A stretch of DNA of 59,287 nucleotides, filler included. It is 4 parts of 4 records of this genome, joined end to end, with 100 filler letters (N's around TTAATTAATTAA, not from the genome) between each part and the next. Parts side by side here need not be neighbours in the genome. Positions count along the whole stretch, not along the records: positions 1 to 13,847 come from SRR2962707_4283; positions 13,948 to 20,955 come from SRR2962707_4284; 2 more parts are not named here. One strand, written 5' to 3'. Numbering within the stretch: position 1 is the first letter of the stretch; every line of letters starts with the position of its first letter. The position numbers and the translations under genes are program-made. The notes below the pieces were generated by a model. That model was given only the letters and a program-made list of their open reading frames with translations. It was not told the DNA's origin and did not search any database. Shown here piece by piece: positions 9,334 to 19,165 of this stretch.

Positions 9334-11793
9334 ATGTTGAGTCTGCTGGCCTTGCTGATTCTGGCCGCCACTCTGATCACTGTTTTCTATTTACAACTGT
9401 CGCTGACCGTCGGCTCCATCACTTTCGTGGTGGCGTACCTGTTGTGCGGTGTGCTGTTCGCCGGCTGGTTGTTGAATCCTCTGCTGCTGATTCTGGTGGC
9501 GGCGGCCCTGGTGGTGCTCAACCACCCGGGACTGCGTCGCAGGCTGATCGTCCAGCCGGTGTTCAACAGCCTCGGCAAGGTAATGCCGCCGATCGGCGAT
9601 ACCGAGCGCGAAGCCATCGAAGCGGGCGCCACCTGGTTCGAGGCCGAGCTGTTCAGCGGCAAGCCGGACTGGGATGATTTTTCCAAGACCCGCTTCACCA
9701 CCCTCAGCGAGGAGGAGCAGTCCTTCATCGACAACGAGGTGGAACAGCTCTGCGGCATGCTCAATGAATGGCAGATTTACCATGAGCTGCGCGACCTGCC
9801 CGAGGAGGTCTGGCAATTCCTCAAGGACAAGGGTTTCTTCGGCCTGATCATCCCCAAGGAGTACGGCGGCAAGGATTTCAGCCCCTACGCCCAGAGCCGG
9901 GTGATGAGCAAGATCGCCACCCGTTCACTGACCGCCGCCGTCACCGCCATGGTGCCCAACTCCCTCGGCCCGGGTGAACTGCTGGCCAAATACGGCACCG
10001 ACGAACAGAAACAACGCTGGCTGCCGGATCTGGCCGCCGGCAAGGAAATCCCCTGCTTCGGTCTGACCGGGCCCGAGGTGGGGTCCGACGCCAGCAACCT
10101 GCCCGACCGCGGCGTGATCTGCACCCAGGAGGTGGATGGCGAGGAAGTGCTGGGCATGCGTCTGAGCTTCGCCAAGCGCTGGATCACCCTGGCGCCCATC
10201 GCCACCGTGGTGGGGCTCGCCTTCAAACTGTATGACCCGGATCATCTGCTCGGCGACGAGGAAGAGCTGGGCATCACCTGCGCCCTGCTCCCCGCCGACA
10301 CCCCCGGCGTGGAAATCGGCCGGCGTCATAACCCCGGCGGCTCGCCGTTCATGAACGGGCCGATCAACGGCACCGACGTGTTCGTGCCCCTGGACGCCAT
10401 CATCGGCGGCCCGGACATGGCCGGCAAAGGCTGGCGCATGCTGATCGAATGCCTGGGCGCCGGGCGCGGCGTCTCCCTGCCGGCCCTGGCCACCGCCAGC
10501 GCCGAGATGGGCTACCAGACGGCCGGCGCCTTCGGCCGCATCCGCCGCCAGTTCAACACCGCCGTTGGGCAGTTCGAGGGGGTACAGGAAGCCTCCGCTG
10601 AAGTGGCCGGCCTCGCCTACACCCTGGAGGCCTACCGCCATCTGGTTACCCGGGGGCTGGAAGAAGGCACTATTTCGGTGGTCACCGCCATGGCCAAGTA
10701 CCATTCCACCGAAATGATGCGCCGCCTGATCAACCGCGGCATGGACATCGCCAGCGGCCGCGCGGTGCAGGCCGGGCCACGCAACTTCATGGCACTGCCC
10801 TACCAGGCCATCCCCATCGCCATCACGGTGGAAGGCGCCAATATCCTGACCCGCTCGCTGATGATCTTCGGCCAGGGCGCGCTGCGCTGCCATCCTTTCC
10901 TCTACGACGAACTCAACGCCCTGCAGGACGAGGACAAGGAACGCGGCCTGGAGACCTTCGAGGCACTGTTCCTCAAGCACGCCGGTCACACCATCGGCAA
11001 TATGTGCCGGGGCCTGGTCCATGCCCTGACCGGCGGCCGCCTGGCGGACATCCCCGCCAACGCGGACAGCTTCAGCACCCCCTGGTACCGTCTGATCAGC
11101 CGCTACAGCGCGGTGCTGGCCAGCACCTCCGACGCCGCTTTCGCATTGCTGGGCGGCGACCTCAAACGTCGCGAACTGCTCAGCGCGCGGCTCGGCGATG
11201 CCCACAGCCAATTGCTGATCGCCTGCGCCGTGCTCAAGTTCCATGGCACCCTGCCCCGGGACGAAGCTAACGACGCCCATGCCACCTATGCCCTGCATCA
11301 CGCCCTGAGCCAGGCCCACGAAGCCTTGGAGGCGTTCTACCGCAACCTGGGCGTGTTCGGCATCGGCTGCCTGTTGAAAGGCTGGTTCTTCCCGCTCGGC
11401 CGCCCGGCCGGCGCCCACCGTCCCGGAGACGATCTGATCCGCACCGTTGGCGACCAGATCATGGAGCCCACCAGCGTGCGGGAATCCCTGGCCAGCTTCA
11501 CCTACCGCTGTGATGACCCGGAAGACGCCATCGGCCGGGTGGAAAACACCTACCGCAAACTGCTGGAGGTGGAACCCGCCTACCTGGCCTTCCTCAAGGC
11601 CGACGGCAAAGGCGAGTTGGATGGGGAAACCCTGGAAGAACGCCTGCACGTGGCGGTGGCCAAGGGCGTGATTGCCGGCGACAAGGTGAACGAGCTGCTC
11701 GAGTACGACGCCCTGCGCTACGACTGTCTGCTCACCGACGCTTTCGACTTCGAACTCAAAGAGGTGAAAATGCACACCGAACGGCCGGTGTGA
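9334..11793 (+). CDS. fadE: acyl-CoA dehydrogenase FadE
   Basis: N-terminal TM segments, VPNSLGPGELL, CFGLTGPEVGSDA, KRWITLAP and ITVEGANILTR; AAGGAG RBS before 9334. Confidence 0.93.
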   Translation: MLSLLALLILAATLITVFYLQLSLTVGSITFVVAYLLCGVLFAGWLLNPLLLILVAAALVVLNHPGLRRRLIVQPVFNSLGKVMPPIGDTEREAIEAGATWFEAELFSGKPDWDDFSKTRFTTLSEEEQSFIDNEVEQLCGMLNEWQIYHELRDLPEEVWQFLKDKGFFGLIIPKEYGGKDFSPYAQSRVMSKIATRSLTAAVTAMVPNSLGPGELLAKYGTDEQKQRWLPDLAAGKEIPCFGLTGPEVGSDASNLPDRGVICTQEVDGEEVLGMRLSFAKRWITLAPIATVVGLAFKLYDPDHLLGDEEELGITCALLPADTPGVEIGRRHNPGGSPFMNGPINGTDVFVPLDAIIGGPDMAGKGWRMLIECLGAGRGVSLPALATASAEMGYQTAGAFGRIRRQFNTAVGQFEGVQEASAEVAGLAYTLEAYRHLVTRGLEEGTISVVTAMAKYHSTEMMRRLINRGMDIASGRAVQAGPRNFMALPYQAIPIAITVEGANILTRSLMIFGQGALRCHPFLYDELNALQDEDKERGLETFEALFLKHAGHTIGNMCRGLVHALTGGRLADIPANADSFSTPWYRLISRYSAVLASTSDAAFALLGGDLKRRELLSARLGDAHSQLLIACAVLKFHGTLPRDEANDAHATYALHHALSQAHEALEAFYRNLGVFGIGCLLKGWFFPLGRPAGAHRPGDDLIRTVGDQIMEPTSVRESLASFTYRCDDPEDAIGRVENTYRKLLEVEPAYLAFLKADGKGELDGETLEERLHVAVAKGVIAGDKVNELLEYDALRYDCLLTDAFDFELKEVKMHTERPV

Positions 11794-11913
11794 ATCGCGG
11801 GCCGGGCGCCGGGAGATCGGCGTCCGGCAATGTCTTGCCAATCAGCTTCCCCAAAAACAGCAAATAAGATGTTATTTATCTAATTTACTATTTATTTAAT
11901 GTTTTTTCATGAT

Positions 11914-11932
11914 ACAACAGCCAGTATGTTGT
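11914..11932. promoter_or_regulatory. putative autoregulatory operator of the TA operon
   Basis: ACAACA-N7-TGTTGT palindrome in an AT-rich region upstream of the HTH gene. Confidence 0.45.
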
Positions 11933-11954
11933 TTTTCGATAATCGGAGTACGTC

Positions 11955-12260
11955 ATGCTGGAGATCACCCGGATACTGGAACAACGCCGCAAGTCCCTGG
12001 GGCTGACCCAAAAGGACATGTTGATGCGTATCGGCATGTCGCAACAGCAATATCAACGCATCGAATCCGGCGGGGATACTCGCGTCTCCACCCTGCTGCG
12101 TATCCTGGAAGGCATGGGACTGCAATTGCGTCTGGTGCCCGAGGAGCAAGTAGCCGAGGTCGACGCTCTGCTGAACGGCACCGGACGACTGGAGCGGAAC
12201 ATCTTGTCCGAGCCGGATGAAAGCCATTGGGACAAGATACTCAAGGATCTGGAGGACTAG
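11955..12260 (+). CDS. XRE-family HTH antitoxin (HipB-like)
   Basis: RRKSLGLTQKD...GMSQQQYQRIESG HTH, directly upstream of a HipA gene. Confidence 0.85.
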   Translation: MLEITRILEQRRKSLGLTQKDMLMRIGMSQQQYQRIESGGDTRVSTLLRILEGMGLQLRLVPEEQVAEVDALLNGTGRLERNILSEPDESHWDKILKDLED

Positions 12261-12263
12261 CCG

Positions 12264-13523
12264 GTGTCTTCGGCCCTCAAACAACGGGAATCCGTGGAAG
12301 CCCTGTCACTGACCCTGCATGGCCAGCGTGTCGGCATCGTGTCCCACTATGCCGGCGGCAAGAATATTCTGGTGTTCGACCCCGCCTTTGCTGCCATGCC
12401 CGCGGCACCTGTCTTCACGCTGTCCCAGACTATCTCGAAGCCGGCTTTCCAACCCCGCATGGCCTCACAACGGCTGCCTCCGGTGCTGTCCAATCTGCTG
12501 CCCGAAGGCGCTCTGCGGGCCTGGATGAGCCAGGCCCTCAAGGTTCACACCGATAACGAATTCCCGTTGCTGGCGGCGGCAGGCACCAACCTGCCAGGGG
12601 CGCTCGTGGCGCAGCCTATCCCGGCGGGCGAAATCCCGAGTTGGGCTCTTAGCCAGAGGGATCGTATCGAACCGGTTCAAATCAATGTCCTGGCGCTTCA
12701 ACAGAAGTTTTCCCTGGCCGGCGTGCAGATGAAATTCTCCGCCAGTCGCCAGGATGGACGGATGAACATCGCCTCCACGCAAGGGAAAGATGAGTGGATC
12801 ATCAAGACACCCTCCACCGTACACCAGCACGTACCCGCCAACGAATACAGCGCCATGAAACTGGCGGAATACCTTGGTGTGACCATTCCACAAGTAGCCT
12901 TATTACCATTGGATCAAATAAGCGGACTACCTGATATTCCGCTGCCTGATGAATCCCTGGTCTACGCCATACAACGTTTTGACCGTTCCCCGCAGGGCCG
13001 GATTCACAGTGAGGATTTCGCTCAGGTTTTCGAACTGTATGCCCACGAAAAATATGGCCGGAGAAACTATGAGCAGATCGCCGCGACGATCTACCATTAT
13101 GGCGGAGAAGGCCTGCCGGACACCCAACAGATGGCACGCCGCCTGCTGGCCAATATCCTGCTCGCCAATGGCGACGCGCATGTTAAAAACTGGACGCTCC
13201 ACTACCCCGATCAGCGGACGGCGCGACTGGCGCCAGCCTACGACATTCTGACGACACTACCTTATATAAGAGGCGAGACGGATCTCGCCCTGAATATGGG
13301 CCGGGAGAGAAACTGGTATGCCTTGACCCTGGCGCATTTCCAACTGTGGGCGGAACGAGTGGGCGTACCCTGGCCGGCGGTTCGCGTGCATCTACTGGAC
13401 GCCCGGGACCGCGCACGGGAACACTGGCCGACTCTGCTGACCGAGTTGCCAATGGCGCCGGAACACAAGCAACTCCTGCGTACGCATTGGCGGAATCTCG
13501 GCGATGATTTCCGTATTGTCTGA
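12264..13523 (+). CDS. hipA: HipA-family serine/threonine kinase toxin
   Basis: SNLLPEG N-terminal domain, FSLAGVQMKF P-loop, HSEDFAQ, NGDAHVKNW and LAPAYD. Confidence 0.92.
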   Translation: MSSALKQRESVEALSLTLHGQRVGIVSHYAGGKNILVFDPAFAAMPAAPVFTLSQTISKPAFQPRMASQRLPPVLSNLLPEGALRAWMSQALKVHTDNEFPLLAAAGTNLPGALVAQPIPAGEIPSWALSQRDRIEPVQINVLALQQKFSLAGVQMKFSASRQDGRMNIASTQGKDEWIIKTPSTVHQHVPANEYSAMKLAEYLGVTIPQVALLPLDQISGLPDIPLPDESLVYAIQRFDRSPQGRIHSEDFAQVFELYAHEKYGRRNYEQIAATIYHYGGEGLPDTQQMARRLLANILLANGDAHVKNWTLHYPDQRTARLAPAYDILTTLPYIRGETDLALNMGRERNWYALTLAHFQLWAERVGVPWPAVRVHLLDARDRAREHWPTLLTELPMAPEHKQLLRTHWRNLGDDFRIV

Positions 13524-13535
13524 GAGATTCTGTAG

Positions 13536-13747
13536 AGGCCTTGGCCGCGAATCGACGCGTGGGTCTGCGTGCAAATTGGGGGAGAATCCGTCTTACTCAT
13601 CGTTCGCTGCCAAGGCCTGCTTCCCACAGCGGCTTCGTAGCCTGGATAGATTCGGAGCGAGAGTCCGCGGAGTTCGTGGAGAGCCAGCGGTCAGCGTTCC
13701 AGGACTGTGCTTCTCCCGTGTCCTGGAACGCTGACCGCTGGCTCTCC
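13536..13747. repeat. cluster of REP-like inverted repeats
   Basis: 15/16 IR pair at 13536-13551 and 13603-13618; perfect 28-bp IR arms at 13678-13705 and 13720-13747. Confidence 0.75.
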
Positions 13748-13847
13748 CCCCTGGCAAGAGGCACCCCGCTCTGCCATCACCTGAATTCAGGCCTGCCTGG
13801 GCCACCGCGCAGGTGCTCGACGTCAAAAATCGCTCCCGGCGATTTTT

Positions 13848-13947
13848 NNNNNNNNNNNNNNNNNNNNNNNNNNNNNNNNNNNNNNNNNNNNTTAATTAAT
13901 TAANNNNNNNNNNNNNNNNNNNNNNNNNNNNNNNNNNNNNNNNNNNN
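13848..13947. other. artificial contig linker (N-TTAATTAATTAA-N)
   Basis: N runs around a six-frame stop linker. Confidence 0.99.
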
Positions 13948-14916
13948 AATTTGTTCCATAGGCGCTGATGTCAAACATAAACTGGAAACTCCAGCAAGAT
14001 AAAAGATCGCAACCTGATACAGTGATAGCCTCTAAATAACGCTCTACCATATTTGGAACAGCAACATTATCCGCGTCCATCCAAATAATAAATTCACCAT
14101 TGCCCATGAGCGCGAGTGTGTTTCGAGTTGCGCAAACTCCCTGATTGTCCTGTCTCTCAAAATGCCAATTCTTGCGCTTGTATTTTTCCTTCAGCTCATC
14201 AAAAACACGAATGCTGTTGGGATCAGAAGAGCCATCATCAAGGATATATAGATTAAACCGCTCTTCAGTCTGTTGAGCTAAGGAATCAAGAGTCTGCGGA
14301 AAATGTTCGCCTAGATTATAAAAAGGTATGCAAATATCGACTAAAGGCTTTTTGCTTAATGTAAGGTATGCACTTGGCTGTTCATTTTTTTGATTATACT
14401 CAGATCAAAATCACTATTTTCAACCAAGTACCGCTCTAAGTACTCTATTTCGGCATCATATTGACTTGATGGCCAACAGTGCTGCCCTTCTCTAACCCAA
14501 GCTGTGCAACCATGCGCGACACTAACGACAATGGGGTGGACACCCCCCTTTGTTTTTAACTGTCGGATATAGTCGACGCCATTAGCACGCCAGTCAGCAA
14601 AGTATACTACTGCGACATCTCCAATTTCTTCTAATAATTTTGCGACAAGATAATTTTCTACTTGGAAATCACGCATGCCGTCCGGAGTTAGCTGCGGCCG
14701 TACTAATTGATGAACAACAATTCCCTTTTCTTCATAATATGGCTTCCAATTTTTGTCTGGCACGAGCGCCGGAGCACTTAAAATGAGTTCTACCGATCCC
14801 TGCTCAGGTGAAACAACCTTGATAAAATGATCAATGAAAGTCGCGATACCTCCTTGGGGGGTGGCAAAAGGAATTTGCGGGGAGACAATAACGGTTTTCA
14901 TTGCAGTAATGCTCAT
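13948..14916 (-). pseudogene. disrupted GT4-GT2 fusion glycosyltransferase (3' end cut by contig end)
   Basis: The GT4 N-domain (GGIATF...VAHG...ERYLVENSDF) stops at 14356. A second frame open from 14404, with no ATG ahead of the domain, encodes a GT2 domain (VDICIPFYN, LDDGSSD, NQGVCATRN, WMDADN). Confidence 0.65.
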
Positions 14917-15257
14917 CTTTGTTTTCTTGTGAACGGACTCTTCGGACGGCGCGCCATAAACACACCAACGAACGCCAATAAGCATAATTTAAAAGCACGT
15001 AAAACCTGCAACTTGGCGCGTTTAAAATCTACCCAAAAATAAAATTCGTGTAATTTCAGTAATTTAGATAATATATTTCGTCTTAAAATATTCTTTGGAA
15101 TACAAATTTAAACCGATCGATTCTAATCTTTTTCCAATGCGCACGCCAATTGTTCGTTTCATAGTTGACTGGCTTTGCGCAAGAGTAGAACGGAATAAGT
15201 GTCCAGCATAGGGAGCCAAAGAAATCCTCGCCAACGGGTCCCAGTCTTTCCATGATG

Positions 15258-15512
15258 GGTGTTGACAGAGGAGCTTTTCGTTTCCAAAGAACTACGATAA
15301 TTTTCGATCATGACAACGGAAAATTCTTTCAAGTATTTTAAACTTCGCCTGAAATCATCAAATTACCCGTGGTGTCTTACGTCAGGTTTCCGCTCAGTTT
15401 GCGGCAAGAGGATGATATACTACATGAACGCGGAACCGACTTTTGTCACGAAGCAATACGATCTTGGTGGAACCGTTTTGGCCCCCTGTTGGCAATAAAG
15501 TTTGGCAACACT
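15258..15512 (+). mobile_element. internally deleted IS6-family remnant
   Basis: Frameshifted transposase N-terminus: MTTENSFKYFK then TSPEIIKLPVVSYVRFPLSLRQEDDILHERGTDFCHEAIRSWWNRFGP. Left end GGTGTTGACAGA; right-end-like TTTGGCAACACT. Confidence 0.8.
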
Positions 15513-15528
15513 TGAGCGGTATTGCCAA

Positions 15529-16449
15529 TTATTGAAGTGTCAAATTTATCTGTTCCTTCAACCATTGTGTCAAAACGCGCATACCAACTGATTCCGCCAT
15601 CTCGGCGGTCGTGACCAACCAGTAATCGGATTGCGCTCTAGCCGGTTGACCTATGGGACGCAGGAGCCCATTTCGAATGTCATCTTCTATCAGTAGACTT
15701 CTCCCAAGCGCGATTCCCAAGCCACCGATGGCACCCTGAAGCACAAGGTCAGCGCGGTCAAAATACTGTGAAGGTTTAACGCTCTTTCCATCGAGCCCCA
15801 AATAAATGCAGTAGTCATTCCAGGTCGTCCCGGTCGAAAATTTTTCGGCACCTCTGTCGGCTAGAATAGGAATACTTCCATCTATAATAACAGCTTCTTG
15901 AAGTCGATCGGCGTTGGGGTATGAAGCTCCAATTACGGGCTGGACCTCGCATTTCGACAACCGTGTAGCGTGTAAACCCGGATAGGGCCCTGGGCCGAAG
16001 CGAAACCCCGCATCGATGTTTCCACTATGAAAACTCGCAAGTCCTTCTTCCACATCTATCGACAGATCAATTCCTGCGCGCTCAGCATCCGGCAGTCGAG
16101 GGATGAGCCATTTCATCGCGACTGAGGAATGAACCGAAAGTCGGATTGCCTTTTCTGACCGCAGCTCATGGGCGGCAACTAATGCGCGCTCAATGTCGCT
16201 CAGCGAACGATTTGCAGCCTCACATATAATTGCACCTGCCCGGTTAGCGCGCACGCGGCGTGTCGTTCGGTCAAAGAGAGCCAAACCGAGCATGGCTTCC
16301 AATGCGCGGATCCGATGGCTGACCGCGCTTGGATCGAGCCCGAGGTCCTGTGCAGCTCCGGCGAAGCTGCCATGGCGATAAACGGCCGATAGCAAGGAAA
16401 TGGACTGAGCCAGCTTCGCAATTTGGGCATCACTCTGAGATTCATTCAT
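15529..16449 (-). CDS. LysR-family regulator (GcvA-like)
   Basis: HGSFAGAAQDLGLDPSAVSHRIRALE HTH, KWLIPRL and GLGIALGR. Confidence 0.9.
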   Translation of the reverse strand: MNESQSDAQIAKLAQSISLLSAVYRHGSFAGAAQDLGLDPSAVSHRIRALEAMLGLALFDRTTRRVRANRAGAIICEAANRSLSDIERALVAAHELRSEKAIRLSVHSSVAMKWLIPRLPDAERAGIDLSIDVEEGLASFHSGNIDAGFRFGPGPYPGLHATRLSKCEVQPVIGASYPNADRLQEAVIIDGSIPILADRGAEKFSTGTTWNDYCIYLGLDGKSVKPSQYFDRADLVLQGAIGGLGIALGRSLLIEDDIRNGLLRPIGQPARAQSDYWLVTTAEMAESVGMRVLTQWLKEQINLTLQ

Positions 16450-16667
16450 GAGAATTATTCACCTTTTCATGCTCAAAAGCATATTGGTCAAGATCGTATT
16501 CTATACAATACAGCACATAAAAGTCGGAAGAGACTACAAAATAGAATGAATTATTTACATCAATAGACGCGATTGTCCAGTGGACGTACCTTAATCAGCA
16601 TCGCTGTAGAACGTCCACTTTCACGGATCATTGCCAAAGCTGCCAAACTGCAACTGGAGATAAACAC

Positions 16668-16886
16668 GTGAACACATTCATGCACAACATTCTGCCGAAT
16701 TCGTACTTGGAACGGAAAGAAAGCTCAGACGCCTTGCGGGTCGCGTTGATCCTTGCAGCCTTCATTATCATCAGCATGGGGATTTCGATTTTCGCAAACA
16801 ATCCCGACATCGCGGTGCCTCATCCTGATCAGACGGCAGCAGGCCTTCAGGACTGGCACGGCAATGTGGCTCGATCAGGCCGTTAA
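16668..16886 (+). CDS. small hypothetical membrane protein
   Basis: GGAGA RBS, GTG start, one TM helix and C-terminal DWHGNVARS. Confidence 0.55.
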   Translation: MNTFMHNILPNSYLERKESSDALRVALILAAFIIISMGISIFANNPDIAVPHPDQTAAGLQDWHGNVARSGR

Positions 16887-16980
16887 AAAAATAAAACCCC
16901 GATATCAAATTATGCAAAACAAAATGGGCGCGGCTCGGTCCTTTCTATAGAAGCTCCCATCCAATCGAAGGAACAAAATA

Positions 16981-17943
16981 ATGACACACCGTAAATACCG
17001 CAACAACTTGCCGCAGTTGGGCGACACTTGCCTGCTAACCGATGGCGGGCTTGAAACAACACTGATTTTCCAAGACGGCATTGACTTGCCGCTCTTCGCC
17101 TCGTTCCATGCGTTCTCAACGGAGGATGGAAGGGCAGCAATTCGCCGTTACTACCAGCGCTACGCTCAAATCGCGCGGGCACAGAACACTGGCTTCATCC
17201 TTGATAGCGCAACATGGCGCGCAAGCAAGGACTGGGGCGAGCGTCTAGGCTATTCGTCTGCGGATTTAGCTCAGGCGAACCGCGATGCAGTCGCGGTCCT
17301 CTTCGAGGCGCGCACCGAATTTGAAGCTGACAAAGCCTTTGTAATCAGCGGCAATATAGGTCCGCGCGGCGATGGCTATGCGCCGAGTTCAATGATGAAC
17401 GCGGCAGAGGCTGAAGCGTATCACGCCGTTCAAATTGCAACACTCGACGATGCAGGCGTTGATATGATCACTGCATTGACAATGACTTATGTCGCCGAGG
17501 CGCAAGGTATCGCACGGGCCTGTGCGCGCCAAGGGGTGCCGCTGGCGCTTAGTCTCACCGTCGAAACCGACGGGACTCTGCCTTCCGGCCAACCGCTGAA
17601 GGATGCGATCCGCGAACTGGACGCCGAAGAGTGGAGCCGTCCAGCCTACTACATGATCAACTGCGCTCATCCGGATCATTTTCGTGACATCCTAGAAGCT
17701 GGAGCAGACTGGACGCTGCGCATCCGCGGCCTGCGCGCCAACGCCTCAAGGCAGAGTCATGCCGAGCTTGACGAGGCTGAGGTGTTAGACGATGGCAACC
17801 CCCAGGAATTGGGCCAGAATTATGCGCAGCTCAAGCCTTTACTGCCCAATCTGCGTGTGTTTGGCGGTTGCTGCGGTACCGACCATCGTCATGTTGATGC
17901 AATCGGCCGTGCTTGTTGCCCTGTAGTGGAGGCATCAATTTGA
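16981..17943 (+). CDS. homocysteine S-methyltransferase family protein
   Basis: LTDGGLET, GNIGPRGDGY, and Zn-binding cysteines in INCAHP and GGCCGTD. Confidence 0.92.
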   Translation: MTHRKYRNNLPQLGDTCLLTDGGLETTLIFQDGIDLPLFASFHAFSTEDGRAAIRRYYQRYAQIARAQNTGFILDSATWRASKDWGERLGYSSADLAQANRDAVAVLFEARTEFEADKAFVISGNIGPRGDGYAPSSMMNAAEAEAYHAVQIATLDDAGVDMITALTMTYVAEAQGIARACARQGVPLALSLTVETDGTLPSGQPLKDAIRELDAEEWSRPAYYMINCAHPDHFRDILEAGADWTLRIRGLRANASRQSHAELDEAEVLDDGNPQELGQNYAQLKPLLPNLRVFGGCCGTDHRHVDAIGRACCPVVEASI

Positions 17944-18116
17944 TCCGTTGGTTGAATAAACGGCGGGCCGCCACAGCCGGATTCCGACAACCCGAGCCTA
18001 GGGATTTTCAGGAGTTGAACGATCATTTGCTTCGCGACATCGGATATGCGCGCGAATTTGGACCAAGCTGGCGCTTATTAATAAGTCCAGCCGATCCAAA
18101 TGAGCCGAGAAGATAG
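17940..18116 (+). CDS. DUF1127-like small protein
   Basis: ELNDHLLRDIG motif; GGAGG RBS and TTG start overlapping the previous stop. Confidence 0.6.
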   Translation: MIRWLNKRRAATAGFRQPEPRDFQELNDHLLRDIGYAREFGPSWRLLISPADPNEPRR

Positions 18117-18322
18117 CTCATGATTTGTCAAGAAGAGTTCGAAATGACATCATTGTTTAGGCGCGCGTAGCTGCTACGCGTGCCGAATTCAAGCGTGCTT
18201 GGCTCGGCGATGAGGCGATGTCTCGCTTCGACCATCTCTGATACCACATGCCGCGATGCTATGTCGCCGCGGCAACTCCTACGAACTCCGGCCTTCAAGC
18301 CAATACTTTGAAGAATTACATC

Positions 18323-19165
18323 ATGTACCCTGCAGAAACTCAGTCCTTATGCACGCCGCCGGGCATAACAACTGCTTCCTTCGTTGCTCCTTCTGGTGTC
18401 CGGATCGGATATGAGGTTTGGGGTTCAGGGCCATCCGTCGTGCTCATTCATGGCGCGTTCAGCGACCAACGAACAAACTGGCGGTATGTGAGGCCACTGC
18501 TCTCGGCCCATGTGACCGGCTACGCTATCTCCCGCCGTGGCCGCGGCGGGACCGATACGACGGCGGGGCATGCCCTCCCAGACGAGATCGCCGACGCCGT
18601 GGCTTTGATACACCATATCGGCAAACCCGTTCACCTGCTCGGTCATTCCTACGGTGCACTAGTGGCACTCGATGTGGCAGCAGCGATACCGCAGCTTGTT
18701 CGAAGAGTCGTCCTTTACGAAGCGCCATGGCCGCATATCTTCAACGTAGACACGATCGCCCCGCTTGTCTCGCTCGCCAAAGCCGGCGACTGGCAGGAGC
18801 TCGCAATGCGGTTCTTCAGCGATGTACTGTCGGTGCCGCAGGCCGAACTCGACGCCGCGCAGGGGACTGAAAATTGGGACAACGTCATCGCCAATACACC
18901 CGCTTCTTTCGGCGATCTGCATGCGCTTTCCGGTTACCGGTTTGATCTCGACCACTATCGTGGGCTGTCTATGCCAGTGCTCTTGCAGACAGGAAGCGAA
19001 AGTCCGGATGCTCTTTACGTGACCGATGCGCTCGCATCGATATTGCCGGCGGCCACTGTCAATATGCTTGACGGGCAGGCGCATGACGCGATGACAACCG
19101 CGCACGAGCAGTATGCCGCTTCGATACTTGATTTTTTGTTGCTTGAAAGAAAAATACCAAAATGA
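18323..19165 (+). CDS. alpha/beta fold hydrolase
   Basis: VLIHG, RRGRG, nucleophile elbow GHSYG and catalytic His in GQAH. Confidence 0.88.
   Translation: MYPAETQSLCTPPGITTASFVAPSGVRIGYEVWGSGPSVVLIHGAFSDQRTNWRYVRPLLSAHVTGYAISRRGRGGTDTTAGHALPDEIADAVALIHHIGKPVHLLGHSYGALVALDVAAAIPQLVRRVVLYEAPWPHIFNVDTIAPLVSLAKAGDWQELAMRFFSDVLSVPQAELDAAQGTENWDNVIANTPASFGDLHALSGYRFDLDHYRGLSMPVLLQTGSESPDALYVTDALASILPAATVNMLDGQAHDAMTTAHEQYAASILDFLLLERKIPK

Noticed and set aside
9925-11841. 638-aa minus-strand ORF
   Set aside because: Antisense shadow of fadE in GC-rich DNA, with no recognisable motifs.
13530-13850. Possible CRISPR array or tRNA
   Set aside because: No regularly spaced direct repeats with unique spacers, no cas genes and no cloverleaf found.
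13541-13903. ORF running into Ns and ending LIN
   Set aside because: It spans palindromic repeats and the artificial linker.
13892-13903. TTAATTAATTAA palindrome repeated three times in the window
   Set aside because: Synthetic six-frame stop linker, not biological.
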